NCBI RefSeq assembly: GCF_009834535.1
Contig: NC_045697.1
Location: 60,142,001 to 60,206,000 of the forward strand
Reading direction: 5' to 3'
DNA length: 64,000 bases
Origin: Camelus ferus
Lineage: Eukaryota
The notes under the pieces were generated by a model. It did no database searches and had not been told where the DNA came from. It was given only the letters and a program-made list of their open reading frames with translations. Below, in pieces: positions 52,501-64,000 of this stretch; the stretch's first letter is position 1; each line of letters starts with the position of its first letter. The translations under genes and the position numbers were made by a program.

Positions 52501-53363
52501 AATGTATTTCTTGCATTATTCACTCTTACTGTTCATGAAAATAATCTCATTCTTTGCTATGAAAATATTTTGTCTTATGTAACTCAGAAGTTTTATTGTT
52601 TATTCTCTTTAGGATCAGTATATTTCTTTTAATCTTTATTTTTGGTTAGTTTATATTATCTTTGCCATTGTTTATATGGGTTTTTAGTATATGTTCAAGT
52701 TGATTAATGTTAAAAGAAAATAGGTGGATTTTCATGCATTTATATTGTACCTATCTTCCTTTCTAAACTCACTACATAAGTCTAGTCATTTTTAAAGTTG
52801 TTTTGAGTTCCAAGTGTTTTTCATCTGGTTATTTTAGTTTCATGTTTCTTGTTTCAATATTAAGACTTTTGAGGACAAGATTAATTGAATATATATAATT
52901 AAGCATCTATTCTTCTCCTTAATGTAGTAATAATGACTTTACTGTTTCATAGTGAATTAGATATTTGCTGTTGACTTGAGATGCATCTATTTACATGCTA
53001 TAGAAGCATTCTATTCCTAATTAGTTATTTTTAAAAATCAGGAATATATACATTTAAGACATGAAATTTTAATACTTTTATGATAGAAAACAATGTTTTC
53101 TATCTCTTACTGTCTTTGTATGCTTCACAACAGAATAGAAAGAACACAGTCAATATTATGGACGAATTTTATGATCAGTTTTAATTAGTGCATATTTGAT
53201 GTAGATATAGAAATTTTATTGATTGTTGAATCATTAGTTCAAAATCACTAACTTGACTGACATTCTGCTATGGTATGATGTACACTATTGACCATAAACT
53301 GTCATGGCATTCTGAAATAAAGCCTTTAACTGTGACATTTTTTCTACATTAAAGTAATAAGAA

Positions 53364-53729
53364 TATCTTAGTTTGGGATGCTGTAACAAAGTACTGTAGA
53401 CTGGGTGGCTTAAACAACAAACATTTATTTCTCACAGTTCTCTATGTAGAGAAGTAAAAGGTCAAGGTGTTGTTTGAATCTGACATCTTGTGAGAGCCCT
53501 CTTCCTAGTTCTCCAATGGCCAACTTCTTTCTATATCCTCTATGGTGGTGAGAGAGGGCTCTAGTCTTTCCCTTCTCTTGTACAGGCACCAATCCCATTA
53601 TGGGGGCTTCACCCACATGACGTCATCTAAACCTATAACTCCCCACAAACTCTACTTCCAGGTACCATTTGGAGGATCAGGGCTTTGACACAGAAATTTG
53701 AAGGGGGCACAAACATTTAGTCCGTAGCA
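53364..53729 (-). mobile_element. MLT1A0-like MaLR solo LTR (near full length)
   Basis: 'tatcttagtttgggatgctgtaacaaagtactgtagactgggtggcttaaacaacaaacatttatttctcacagttct...gggcacaaacatttagtccgtagca'. Confidence 0.92.
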
Positions 53730-53865
53730 GACCTACAGATTTCTTTACAAAACCAGAAAACTCCTAATTGCTATCTAAATGTATAGCCACAATCCCTAGA
53801 TTGTATCAGAATTACTATGTTGTTAAAAAAAAAAAAATCCATGTGATGGACTTTATTACACACCC

Positions 53866-54082
53866 ATGATTCTCAAGGGAGGGCATTTTGCTCCAAGTGA
53901 CATTTGGTAATATCTGTATAGTCAGTTTCAATTATTACCACTGGATCTGGGAGTGTTTTACTAACATGCAGTGAGTCTTTGAGGCCAGGGATGCTGGTAA
54001 ACATTTACAATGCACAGGACTGCCCCCTACAACAAAGAATTATCCAATCCAAAATGTCAATTGTGCCTTTTTGAAAAATCTC
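53866..54082 (+). mobile_element. MER20 hAT element
   Basis: 'gacatttggtaatatctg...gaggccagggatgctggtaaacatttacaatgcacaggactgccccctacaacaaagaattatccaatccaaaatgtcaat'. Confidence 0.9.
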
Positions 54083-54472
54083 AATGTAAAAAAAATTAAT
54101 TATATTTCGAAGTGGCATTTTATTTTGTCTATCTTATTTGAAGTTTATATAAAAGTTTGATATTGTTTCTGACCAAAAGGCACATTTTTCTTTTCTTTCA
54201 TTTTATGTTTTTCTAAGGATAAGGAAAAACCAAACAAGGATGATTTCTATGAATTTCTCAACCTTGAGACGAGATAAATCAAACTTTTCCAACAACTGTT
54301 ACCGCGTACTTAGAGGGCATGATGAGCTTCCACCACACCTGGCTGCCCAGCCGTGGGCTCTGTATAAACAAGGTGTCACACACATGAGACAGGGATGGCT
54401 ATTGATTTTATCTTCATTTATTTTACTCTATTGCCATTTGCCAGGAAACTTTTTATAGAGTTTCACTTAAAA

Positions 54473-54820
54473 CAGTAGGACCTCTGTATCCACGGGTTCC
54501 ACATCTGCAGATTCAACCAACCACAGATTGAAAATATTTGAAAAAAAAATCCAGAAAGTTCCCAAAAGCAAAATTTGAATTTGTCACACACCAGCAACTA
54601 TTTACATAGCATTTACATGGTATTTACAACTACTTGTGTAATATTTATATTGTATTAGGTTATATAGATAATCTAGTACATAATTTAAAGTGTATGGGAG
54701 GATATTCTTAGGTTATACGCAAATACTATGCCATTTTATAGAGGGAATTGAGCATTTGTGGATTTTGGTATCCACAGGGGATCCTGGAACCAATGCCCCA
54801 TGGATCCTAAGGGACCACTA
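54473..54820 (+). mobile_element. MER2/MER2B-like TcMar-Tigger MITE
   Basis: Degenerate terminal inverted repeats 'cagtaggacctctgtatccacggg' / 'ccatggatcctaagggaccact'; internal 'gcagattcaaccaaccacagattgaaaatatt'. Confidence 0.9.
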
Positions 54821-56920
54821 ACTTCACCTCTGTATTTTGCTGGAGTAGAGTTCATGCTTAAAAAGCACTGTGCAGCAAACATTGACTCTTATTTAAAAGG
54901 AAGCCAAAGAAGCATGTGAGGGTTGAGGAGAATTCTTCAAGCTCAATAAGTAGGTTCACAGAGAACTGACTATTAGATCACATTTTACAGAGTGCTAAGT
55001 GCTCAAATGATGGAACCCCAGATTTTACATTGTGCCTCATCAGGGATGCTAACTATGTCTATTTAAATAGACTAATTACACACTCTGGTAGGAAATACAT
55101 AGAAAAAAATATAACCTTATAAGTGACCCATATTTAAAGACGATGGCATGATGTCAATCATACAGATGCTTATAAATTTTTCCTATCAGATTTTTGGCTG
55201 TCAAAACTAAATCCAAGTATTACTTAGAACTAGGGGCATCCCCTAAACAAGACAGCTAAATTATATTAAATTCAAAAGTTGAGATATGTAACTATTAAGA
55301 TTATTTTTACCCCTTTCAGAAAATAAATTTAAGAGAAGAAAATCTTAGAAATCTTAGCAATTTACTAATATAGTTGCCATGTATCTTGGGTATTCCCAAG
55401 AAGAAAAACTTTAGAGATTTTTTTCTATCATCAACTGTTTTTCAGAACACATGGTATGTGTATCTATAATGTATGAACAAGTACACTCTGAATAATTTAA
55501 AATTATTTTCTCCATATGCTTATTCATTTTTTTAAAATATTCTCTCTAAAACCTAACCTTAGAAACTCCAGTATCTGTAAACTTCAGTGTATAAGAAAAC
55601 TAATAACTGATTGTTTAAAGGGGTGAGCCTATATCCTTTTTCAGTGGGGAACAAGGGGACTGGTATAAAAGTCAAGTCAAAAGTATTTTCTCACCCTTTA
55701 ATGTTAATGTGGTGTGTGTGTGTCTGTGTGTATGTGTGTGCCTGTTTAGAAGGTGAGATCAGTTCAGAGGCTTTGCCCTTCCATTTATCTTGAAATTCAT
55801 TAATGCTTTTCAATAAATTTTAATACATTTCCCCATTAAAAAGCAGTTCCTTTTAATCTAAGTTTATCCTCAGGTATTTTTTGGTGTTGTTTCTATTTGT
55901 ACATGATAACTTATTTGATTACAATCTTGCAGACTGTTGCTTGTATATAGTTATACAGTTGTCTGTTACGTAACGATTTGCATTCAACAATCTTGCTAAT
56001 TTCACTTACTAGTGCTAAATAAGTTAATTAGTGCTTTACTTGGGGTTTCCTATAAGGTTAACTTTAAAAACCTCATTGGTATTCAACCATTTTTGCCCCC
56101 CAAAATGGCATATTCATATGGTTTACTCTAATATTTAAAAATCATATTATTTGACTTTCTGACACTAAAAAATGTTTTTCTTAATTTTCTCTTTTCTACA
56201 TTCTATCTATTTTACCATCCATTCAGGATAAAAAATTTGAACTTTTCTTCCAGCTTCAATAATTCTATCTTCTGGTATATATAATATAATGATTAACATA
56301 TCCATTTGGTTTTTACTTTCAGTATAATAGTTTTTATTCTCAATTTTATGCTTTTTAAATCCTCTTGGTAATTTTTATTTGCTCTTTTTTTTTTCTTTTT
56401 TTCCAGCTTTTTCTATCATGAAACATAGGATTCATTTTTATTATCTGTGAAAGATAAGGCCAATATTGAAGCATTTATTTGTCTGATTTGCTGGCTCTCA
56501 TTTGTGACGTATTGTTTCTATGTATTATTATTAGCATTAGCATTATTATTTACATTGCATACATGTTACCTAGACTTTTATCTAAGGGTTAAAGTTGAAT
56601 TTTTCCAGAGGCAAATTGTCTTTTTATCTGCCTGATACTTGAGAGCTCTTCTAGTGTAGAAACATAATAATTTAATTATTTCCAGAATGATTTTCAGAAT
56701 ACATAGGTGGCCTTACTTCAACTCCTAACTTACATAGTGATAGACTTCAAATTATTAATTATCAAGGGAGATTCTTTTCACATCTTTGTACCATTGTTGA
56801 GATATACAAGTTTTCTTTTTTATAGAAGGTTTATATCTAGCACAAGGTGTTGTCCATTTGAGGATGTTTTATATTTTGGAAAAGATTTCCTACTTGATAA
56901 CTTGAATGTAAGATATACTT

Positions 56921-57997
56921 TTTTGTTATTGAAGTACATACAGTTAGTTACAGTGTGCCAATTTCTTATGTACTGCACAGTGTCCCAGTCATGCATATAC
57001 ATACATATATTCATTTTCATATTCTTTTTCTTTAAAGGTTATTACAAGATACTGAATATAGCTTCCTGTGCTACACAGAACAAATTTGGGGGGTTTATGT
57101 ATGTTTATATATAGTGGCTAACATTTGAAAATCTCAAATTCCCAAATTTATCCCTTCCCGCTCCCTTTCCCCTGATAACCATGAGATTATTTCTTGTGTC
57201 TGCCAGTCTGTTTGTTTTGTAGATGAGTTCATTAGTGTCCTTTTTTTTTAATTCCACATATGAGTGATATCATATGGTATTTTTCTTTCTCTCTCTGGCT
57301 TACTTCACTTAGAATGTCAATCTCTGGGGTCCATCCATGTTGCTACAAATGGCATTATTTTATTATTTTTTATGGTTGAGTACTATTCCATTGTATAAAT
57401 ATACCAAAACTTCTTTATCCAGTCATCTGTTGATGGACATTTAGGTTGTTTCCATGTCTTGACTATTTTATATAGTGCTGCTATGTACATTGGGGTGTGT
57501 GTATCTTTTCGAGCTAGAGTCCCCTCTGGATGTATGCCCAAGAGTGGGATTGCTGGATCATATGGTAAGTCTATTTTTAGTCTTTTGAGGAATCTTCATA
57601 CTGTTTTCTATAATGGCTGCACCAAACTACATTCCCACCAACCATGTAGGAGGGTTCCCTTTTCTCCACACCCTCTCCAGCATTTATTGTTTCTGAACTT
57701 TTGAATGATGGCCATTCTGACTGGTGTGAGGTGATACCTCATTGTAGTTTTGATTTACGTTTCTCTGATAACTAGCTATATTGAGTATTTTTTCATGTGC
57801 CTGTTTGATATTTGTATGTCTTCATTGGAGAAGCGCTTGTTTAGGTCTTCTGCCCATTTTTGTATTGTTTTTTTTTTGTTGTTGTTGTTATTAAGTTGTA
57901 TGAGCTGTATATATATATTCTGGAAATTAAACCTTTGTCAGTTGCATCATTTGCAAATATTTTCTCCCATTCTGTAGGTTGTCATTTTGTTTTGTTT
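56921..57997 (-). mobile_element. Young 5'-truncated L1 (ORF2 end plus 3' UTR) with degenerate TSD
   Basis: Colinear L1 3' sequence. Flanks agatatactttttt (from 56911) and agatacacttattt (from 57998). ORFs at 57459-57977 are antisense ORF2 readings. Confidence 0.95.
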
Positions 57998-58499
57998 AGA
58001 TACACTTATTTTTATCTCCTTGTTCCAAAACCTCATATAACTCTAAATAAAGGAACACATAAGTCCATCAGGGTTTGGCAGATCTCAGAGGGAAAAGATG
58101 ATTTTTGAAGCTCGCTTTCTACCCTAGTTTCAATTTTCATTTGTTTTGTCAGTGTCTACTTTCTACCCAACTTTACACTTTTCCCAAAACATTACTTTTT
58201 CCTTTTTTCCCATTGGCTTTAACTCTTTGGTTGTATAAGTCAATGGAGATCGGTCTTACATTATGTGGTAGTAGAAGAAACTCTTTATCTCTTCTCTCTT
58301 TCCTCCTGTTAACAGCTCCCCAGTTAAGCTTACACAATCCCATGGAATGGTAGTGTCCTTCAGATTTCTCAATCTTAGTTTCATCTCTATCTATCCTTAA
58401 CTTAAGGTAGTTTTTTGAACTGAATATCTAATAATCACTTCAATATTAGCATGGCTGCATTCTGCCTCTGTTGAAATGATCATTAACACAGTGCCTCGT

Positions 58500-58790
58500 T
58501 CGTGGTGTAAGATGAACTGTAGAAGAGAAAGCCAAGAGTTCCATTTAATATATGTTATTTTTGAAATAATTATTAGCTATCAAAGAGTAATTAAAATGAG
58601 CCTTTTAATATACAAGTTTGGTGGTAAAAGTAGAAATTGAAGAAATAAATTTGGAATCTGTCAACAAACAATAGCATTTTAAGTCACGGGGTTAGATAAA
58701 ACATTGCACATGGGGAGTGTGGATGCAGGAGAGGAGAAGCAGAAAGACTGGAGTCCAGAGCACTCCCATGTTTACAGTTAGTCACAGAGG
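58500..58790 (-). mobile_element. L2 fragment
   Basis: 'gagttccatttaatatatgtta...ataaatttggaatctgtcaaca...gcattttaagtcacggggttagata...agtccagagcactcccatgttta'. Confidence 0.65.
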
Positions 58791-59184
58791 GAGCTTCAGG
58801 TGCTCTATCTGTAGAACTGAGAGCAATAGAGCTGATTTTGATTAAAATAGCAAAATAGCATGAACAATTTCATGATTCAAAATCAGTGGCCAAATAAATG
58901 TAATATACTTAAGCTTTAGAGATTTTATGAAACTTAGGAAGATTGAAAACGTGGGCCAAGATGCCTTTAGATGAGTCACATGACTAGTGTAATTAACCTT
59001 ACTACATTTATATGTGTCCAAGTTATTAAGAGAAATGTTACTAATGATGTCTCACAGTGACATTAAATAGGCCATGATTATTCTGTCAGAAATCATTTTA
59101 AAGTAGGTATCAAAACTGTTGTTTCATGTCATCATGAAAACTTAATTAAGGATGCTTCTCTACTGTCATTAGAGCAAAAGATAC

Positions 59185-59340
59185 CAAGGGACTGAGTTTC
59201 AAGTTTCATCTGTAACTCAGTCAGTAGAAAGCCTGAAACTATAGACACGACTTAACCTTTCTGTGCCTCATTTGATCTATTGATCTAATGAATATAAGAT
59301 GATGTTAATCTCAGAAAGGTGCTGAAAGAACTGTGTAATT
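59185..59340 (+). mobile_element. MIR fragment
   Basis: 'gactgagtttcaagtttcatctgtaact' and 'gacttaacctttctgtgcctcattt'. Confidence 0.55.
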
Positions 59341-60489
59341 CACTATCTCATTAAAAAGTACTGATAGAGAAAAAGAACAAAAAAGTAGATTAAAACATCT
59401 AGACAGTGATATTTAAGTAGAGAATTTTTGGTTTGGATATATATATTTTTTAATTCCAAGTTGAATTGGTACTTTAACGAAAGGCCTTGTAACTTAACAT
59501 ACTAGCTTTTAACAATGGTCACATAATGTGAGTAAAGGGGGAAAAAGAAAGTCCAGGCTGCTTTAATATTGGCTGTTACTATAAACTGCCTCATCGTAAG
59601 GAAAAGTTTATTTATGTGATTTGTGAATAGTGGTTTTACTTTATGGAAATTGATACTGCTATTTCTAGCTTCCTCCACCTGCTGTTTCTTAAGTTTGACT
59701 TAACAGATCTCTGGTATTTCAGCAATATTATTCCAAAGAACTTGTATTTTTAACAAGTCACTGATTGTTCAATGTACTGTGTCTTTTCACTCTGACTTAG
59801 TCTTTACCAGGTAAATCTTCTTGCTACACTGCATATGAATTGCTAAGACTTATTCATCCAATGAAACTGAAAATTTAATGTTCTTAGCAATGAAAGAAGT
59901 GAATATTGGGATTTTTTATCCTTTTTAATCCTTATCTGTATTTTTCCTTGGAGATAATAACACTGGATATGTCACATCAGAAGATAATTCTCCCTGAGAG
60001 ATGAAAATCCTTATCCTTACCGTTATGTAGTCAGAGCAATAAAGTTCTTTTTTTAAATTTATTTTGTTTTGCATTCTGGTTTTGTAGTTGGCCCATATTC
60101 CATGGGCCAAAGAAAAAGTAAAATCATATTACAGACTAGTAAAATTAAGTCATTGATGGAAATTGTACATGATATAAAGTGGAATCATACCAGTTTGGGC
60201 ACATTTGATTAGCTAGTACAGAAAATGGTGAAGCTGTTAACAGTATTTTAAAATGCAAAAGAGTAGTCCTATTTATTTTTTTCTTTAATTTTGTATCTAA
60301 TTTTTCTAATTTTCATATTCTGGTGTACATGTACATTTTATCAGAGAAATATTATGAGGTGATCCATATTCTTTCTATTTACATTCTTTTAAGACTGATA
60401 TTTTGTAGATTTGATGCACTATAGTTTCATTATTCCTTTTGTTCTGGTTATTTACACTATTGCCGTTTTTTAATATTTCACAATTAACA

Positions 60490-61130
60490 AGCAACTGCAT
60501 TTTATACCATACTTTGTTTATCCATTTATTTGGTGGACTCTTTAGTTGGTTCCCCTTTTTGGCTATTGTGAATAAAGCTATAATAAACATACAAGAATAT
60601 CTGTTTGAATCTACTGTTACGGGCTGAATTGTGTTTCCTCAAAATCTATGTTGAAGTCCTAAAACCCAGTACCTTAGAATGTGACTGTATTTGGAGATAG
60701 GGTCTTTAAAGAGGTAAGTAGGTTCATAAGGTCATTAGGGTGGGGACCTGATCCATTATGATCAGTGTTCCTGTAAAAAGAGGAAATGAGGACACAGATC
60801 CAGTGGTAGAGGGAAGACCATATGTAGATGGAGGGAGAACGTGGGATCCACAAGTCAAAGAGTTGGCCTCAGAAGAAATCAACACTGCTAACACGTTGAT
60901 CTCAACCTCTAGCTTCCAGAACTAAGAAAAAATAGACGTCTGTTGTTTACACCATCTATGGTATTTTGTTTTGACAGCCTGAGCAAACTAACACACTCAC
61001 TTTCACATTCTTTGAGCATATGCCTAGGAGTGGAATTTCTGGGTCGTATATTTATTTATTTTTATTTTATTATATTTTCATTTATTCTAGATCATATGTT
61101 AATTCTGTGTTTAGATTTTTGAGGAATGAT
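60490..61130 (-). mobile_element. Old L1M fragment split by MLT1B
   Basis: 'tttgtttatccatttatttggtggac...ttggctattgtgaataaagct' resumes after the LTR as 'catatgcctaggagtggaatttctgggtcgtat'. Confidence 0.75.
60615..60995 (+). mobile_element. MLT1B MaLR solo LTR (full length)
   Basis: Start 'tgttacgggctgaattgtgtttcctcaaaat', internal 'gaatgtgactgtatttggagatagggtctttaaagagg', end 'gagcaaactaacaca'. Confidence 0.93.
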
Positions 61131-61409
61131 TCATTCTTTTTGTAAACATTTGAGCACTTAACCTATGCCAAGATTTGGAGCTATATATTAAGAAAGCAAG
61201 GCAAATATAACATATTTCCTTTTATTTCAGAGAGCTCACTGTCTAAAAGATAAAAGAATTATAAAATTAGAAGCCAGATGCAATGATAGAGATATTTGAA
61301 AGACATTGAAGTTTAATTCACCATATACTTGACAACACTGAATGATTTTACTTCTTTATCTCTAAATTAACAGATAAAAATGGCACTGTGTCCTCTTAGT
61401 AAATCTTTG

Positions 61410-61900
61410 TGCAGAACATTGTAAGAAATGGTCACAAACCACCCCCCCCCTTTAGCCATATTCCTGTAATCTGAAGGTGCATGTCTTCCCAGCAAGAAGT
61501 AGACTGTTTCTTTACCTTATGAATCTGTCTTGGTCATGTGCCTTCTTTGGCCAATGCAACATTAGGCAAAATGATGCAAGTAGTCTTGGCAACTGTTTGC
61601 ACATTGAGGCTCATTCTTTCAGTGGGCTTGAATCTGTAAGGTCACTGTATGAAGGAACCAAGTTAATCTGGTGGAGGATGAGAGGCCATATAGAGAACTG
61701 AGACAGCCCAGCAGATACCTAACCAACTGCGAGACTATTTAGAATCATCCAGCCACCAGCCAGTCTGTTAGCTAATAACCACAGAAGCATGAAAGAGCCC
61801 TCAGGGATCACCAAACCAACCTAGATCAGAACTGTTCGGCCAATCTACAGAATTACAAGCTAAATAAAATTATTATTTTTAGTTGTTAGAATGTTAGACA
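61410..61900 (+). mobile_element. MLT1G/H-like MaLR LTR
   Basis: 'ggtcatgtgccttctttggccaatg', 'tgcacattgaggctc', 'ggaggatgagaggccatat' and 'acagaattacaagctaaataaa'. Confidence 0.8.
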
Positions 61901-62549
61901 ACAGAAGCCAACATTTTGATTACCAGCTACTTTGACAGGATTCCTTATAATTTTATTTTTTTATTAATTGTTCTTTGTCCTCTATTAATATATTAATGTG
62001 TTCTAATCAGTATATAGTCTTATATATGTACAACCTCCTTGATGACATTAACCATTCCCTTTGGTGTTCTACCTCCCACCTTCAGTGCCTATTGCCTAGA
62101 AATTAGAACACTCTAACTAAATGTTTGTTGAATAAAAGAGCTCTTTACAGATAGATATTTAACCTTTGCTGTCTATCATTTGATTTCAAATATTTTTCAA
62201 TAATTTGATTCATTTTGATATTTTTGTGGAGAAAAATTAATATCTTTGCAATGTACTAAGTCTACATGCTTGGTTTGTGAATATACTTCCATTAATTCAA
62301 CCTTGGAAAATTATCCTTTTGCCAGAAAAGTCAGTGAGATTGATCAATCATAGGATCCAAATCCTTATTTCCCCTCTTTCAGTCGTCATTGTTCTATACT
62401 CTCTAATGTTCACTGTCTGAAAACCACTGGTAGGTGTCTCTGCTCAACATTTTTAGTTGTTTGAGGAAAAATGTATAACTCTAGTTCTTATTAATCTATC
62501 TGGCTGGAAGGAGAAGACTGAGGGTATAGAAGTGAAAGAAATCTAATGT

Positions 62550-63060
62550 GAATATCAACTAAAGTAGACTTCAGAGGAAGGATCAAAACCAGGGATAAAA
62601 GGAACATTTTATAATGATAAAATAATTAATTCATCCATAAGACAAAAGAATCTTAATTGTATATGCTCTTAAAAATAGACTTCAAATATATTAGTGAAAG
62701 TTGATGTAACTAAAGAGAGAAGAGACAAATCCAAAAACTAAAGATAGTCTAACATCCCTCTATCATTATTTTATTGAATAAATATCTCAAGGTATCAGTA
62801 AGTATATAGAAGAATTTTAAAAAGAAGAAGGAATTAAGTCTTTGGGGTTTATAATCAAATAGCTCCAAAATATACATTTTCCCAAGTATTTAAGAAACAT
62901 TCACCAAGATAGAATATATGATGGGCAATAAATCAAGTCTCGATAAATTTAGAAGGTTTGAAATCATAGAGAGTACATTCTCTAATCAAAAGCATAATAA
63001 GTAAGAAATTAATAAAATATCTAGGAAAAGCAGTTATTTGGAAAATAAGCAGTACACTTC
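62550..63060 (+). mobile_element. Old L1 ORF2 endonuclease-region fragment
   Basis: 'aaagtagacttcagag...ccagggataaa...ataatgataaa' and 'gaaacattcaccaagatagaatatatgatgggcaataaatcaagtctc' (TF.KID..G.K..L motif). Confidence 0.8.
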
Positions 63061-63159
63061 TGCACAGTCTGTAGAAATGTCACTCTTAAAATTGTGATAT
63101 TGGTATTTGTTTTCCTTTTTTGTTTTCAATCTTACTGTGTGTTAAACATATGCATGAAT

Positions 63160-63487
63160 ACTTCTAAATATTAATTTTTAGTTTTTCTGTTTTTTCTGTC
63201 TTTAATTTCTACTTTTATTTTTGTGGTTGGTTGCTATTATTCTTACTTTAGCTTTAAAATAATCTCATCTTTGCAGCTTCTTATTGTGAATGCTTAGATC
63301 ATGGGTTTTGCACCTCTCTTCTTTTCTAATATAAGCGTGCAAAACTCTGAATTTCTCTTAAAGTGCTGCTATGTTTGCATTCCACAAGTTTTGATATCCT
63401 TTAGTATCATTATCATTCAGTTTAAAATATTTAAAATATATAATTTCCCTTGTTATTTCTTTAATTCTTGGGTTTTATAGAAATATG
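63160..63487 (-). mobile_element. Old L1 ORF2 post-endonuclease fragment in inverted orientation
   Basis: 'cttcttttctaatataagcg...tgaatttctcttaaagtgctgctatgtttgcattccacaagttttgatat' is the reverse complement of the YQNLW.A..A.LR.KF region. Confidence 0.8.
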
Positions 63488-63709
63488 AGAGATTGCCCTC
63501 TTAGGATACACCCACTGATAAGTTCATGAGGAAAGAAGGACACCATGTCTGCATCTTATTCTAAAGAGACAATGATAAAGTCATTACAGAGGAATTACAG
63601 TGTGTAATGATTATTAATACTACTGTGTCCACTTTTCTATAAATTTGAAATTATGCCAAAATAAGCATTTAGAAGAAAATAAAGTTGTTAGTCAATGACA
63701 AAAATATTT

Positions 63710-63980
63710 AGTTCAGGAACACAAGGATGGTTCAACACTGAGAACCTGTAAGTGCATTTCAATATATTACAAGATTAAGGGAGAATAACTGTATTGCTAC
63801 CTCCATAGTTTAAAATATATTAAAATTAAATATGTATTTCAAATAAAATTCAATAAAAATTAGTAACAACCATAGGATAAAAATAAAATCCTTGTTTTAG
63901 TAGAGTACATCTATGGGAAACATACTATATTTCATGTTTATAGCAAAATATAGAAAGATGCCTTTAAATTCAGAATCTAA
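63710..63980 (+). mobile_element. Old L1 ORF2 RT-region fragment
   Basis: 'caggaacacaaggatggttcaacact' (G.QGWFN motif), then degraded RT sequence. Confidence 0.65.
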
Positions 63981-64000
63981 AGTAGGATAGCCAGTTACCA

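Noticed and set aside
1..64000. CRISPR arrays, operons, tRNA/rRNA/snRNA genes, NUMTs or a novel multi-gene system
   Set aside because: Mammalian repeat-rich non-coding DNA. I saw no repeat-spacer array, long ORF, structured RNA gene or mitochondrial-like sequence.

Overview
AT-rich, CpG-depleted placental mammal DNA that looks intergenic or deep intronic. It is probably from a camelid (inference): the youngest L1 3' ends resemble camel/alpaca L1s, and I saw no Alu, B1, Bov-tA/BovB, PRE-1, CHR or Can-SINE. I found no intact protein-coding gene, tRNA, rRNA or snRNA. The only recognisable gene-derived sequence is an intronless ferritin light chain (FTL) retrocopy, truncated at both ends (about 28073-28362). 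Much of the rest is a mosaic of L1 fragments of several ages, L2, MIR, MaLR/ERVL solo LTRs and non-autonomous DNA transposons (MER2, MER3, MER5A, MER20). Repeat family names come from recalled consensus motifs, not a database search, and many boundaries are approximate. Nearly all ORFs in the supplied track are chance or repeat-derived. I do not see a novel multi-gene system. The best leads are structural or regulatory: a tailless FTL retrocopy with compensating frameshifts, a composite L1 insertion flanked by a 14-bp direct repeat, an inversion inside an old L1, an unassigned intact solo LTR, a CCAAT/RFX motif cluster with a hairpin, and a CpG-retaining patch with a candidate 50-nt exon.
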